A stretch of DNA of 61,822 nt, from positions 1 to 61,822 of the forward strand of contig JAIETY010000012.1 of NCBI GenBank assembly GCA_019744885.1. The letters are read 5' to 3'. Below are positions 60,876 through 61,822 of the stretch, in pieces. The DNA comes from Sphingomonas sp. (lineage in GTDB: Bacteria > Pseudomonadota > Alphaproteobacteria > Sphingomonadales > Sphingomonadaceae). Numbering within the stretch: the first letter of the stretch is position 1; every line of letters starts with the position of its first letter. The notes beneath the pieces were generated by a model that worked only from the letters and a program-made list of their open reading frames with translations, was not told where the DNA came from and ran no database searches. The position numbers and the translations under genes were made by a program.

Positions 60876-61822
60876 GTGGGCGCATTTATCGGTCGAATTG
60901 CGCGATCGGAAGCAAGCGAATTGCCTCCGGCAAACGGCTGCGAGCTCGGCCCCTATTACATCCGCGGCGTGCTGCAGGGGGCGGTGCGGAAAGGCTATGC
61001 AGTCGAGGATATCCTCAAGGCCGCGCAGATCGATACCAATGTCTATACCGATCAAAAGGCGCGGCTCGACGGGGAGCAGTTTCAGCGCCTGGTGCTGACG
61101 ACGCGTGCGGCGATGAACGACGAGTATATGGGCTTTCTCGACATTCAGGGAAAGCTGGAGATGGGCCATATCATCGGCCGCGCCTCACTGAAATGCCAGA
61201 CGCTAGGCCATGCGGTGCGCAAGATGACCAATCTCGTCAATGCCATCCGCAACGACGTCGAGATCAAGATCGTGTCGGATCGTGCCGAGGGAACGGTGTC
61301 GATCATCCACAATGTCACCGGGCTCAACGATGCGGCTGATGAGCACCTGTTTTATTGGCTGACTTTTTACTGGGCATATAAGTTCAAATGCTGGTTGATC
61401 GGCCAACCGATCAAATTGGTCGACGCCCACTTCACATCAAGCCGCCCGCCCAATGCAATCGACTATGATCAGGCATTTAACTGCCCGGTGTATTTCGATA
61501 GCGCCGACAACAGGGTCACCTTCCACCTCCACTATATGGATGCGCCGATCGTCCGCACCGAAGTGGAATTTTTTGAAGGCTCGTTCCTCAAAGACCCGGC
61601 CGACTGGTTTACCGTTTCGGGCACGAACCAATCATTCTCGGGCCGGGTGGAACAGCTCGTCATCGATTTTTATCGCGAGGGTGCGCGCACACCCTCGCTC
61701 GATGTGCTCGCCGATATCCTCTGTTGCAGCCCACGGACATTGTCTCGCAAACTCGCCCGCGAGAATGAGACGTTTCAGCGGATCAAGGACAAGGTTCGTT
61801 GCCATATCGCGCGCAAGCTGCT
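60876..61822 (+). CDS. AraC-family regulator (OruR-like ligand-binding domain + HTH), truncated by the window edge
   Basis: Not in the ORF track. Manual translation from GTG 60876 (RBS AGGAG at 60862) is open to the window end: ...NDEYMGF...FNCPVYF...PSLDVLADILCCSPRTLSRKLARENETFQRIKDKVR. Confidence 0.88.
   Translation, partial: MGAFIGRIARSEASELPPANGCELGPYYIRGVLQGAVRKGYAVEDILKAAQIDTNVYTDQKARLDGEQFQRLVLTTRAAMNDEYMGFLDIQGKLEMGHIIGRASLKCQTLGHAVRKMTNLVNAIRNDVEIKIVSDRAEGTVSIIHNVTGLNDAADEHLFYWLTFYWAYKFKCWLIGQPIKLVDAHFTSSRPPNAIDYDQAFNCPVYFDSADNRVTFHLHYMDAPIVRTEVEFFEGSFLKDPADWFTVSGTNQSFSGRVEQLVIDFYREGARTPSLDVLADILCCSPRTLSRKLARENETFQRIKDKVRCHIARKL

Overview
GC-rich bacterial chromosomal window, probably alphaproteobacterial (sphingomonad-like; inferred from gene content and repeats). 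Most of it (1-1166 and 14386-61822) is a redundant acyl-CoA / beta-oxidation catabolic region: 7 SDRs, 6 acyl-CoA dehydrogenases (two tandem hetero-pairs), 4 thiolase-fold proteins, 3 CoA ligases, 3 esterases, crotonases, hot-dog dehydratases, a FadB/FadA pair, an alpha-methylacyl-CoA racemase, a single-chain biotin carboxylase, a mesaconyl/methylsuccinyl-CoA-like module, an HMGS-DUF35 fusion next to a thiolase, a vapBC TA pair and an AraC regulator running off the right edge. Embedded at 1202-14342 is an N-methylglutamate (methylamine) pathway module: mgdABCD-like genes, purU, mgsABC, gmaS and two regulators. Features found by reading the non-coding DNA: a 22-bp-period bipartite motif upstream of six lipid-catabolic transcription units (candidate AraC regulon), a 21-bp-period GTCGC triple repeat at the GlxA/mgd promoter, a perfect 16-bp palindrome with a degenerate copy in the AraC promoter, two REP-like elements, and an AT-rich islet with an apparently frameshifted small gene. 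No rRNA, tRNA, CRISPR, integrase or transposase was seen. All calls come from motif recognition by eye; no searches were run.
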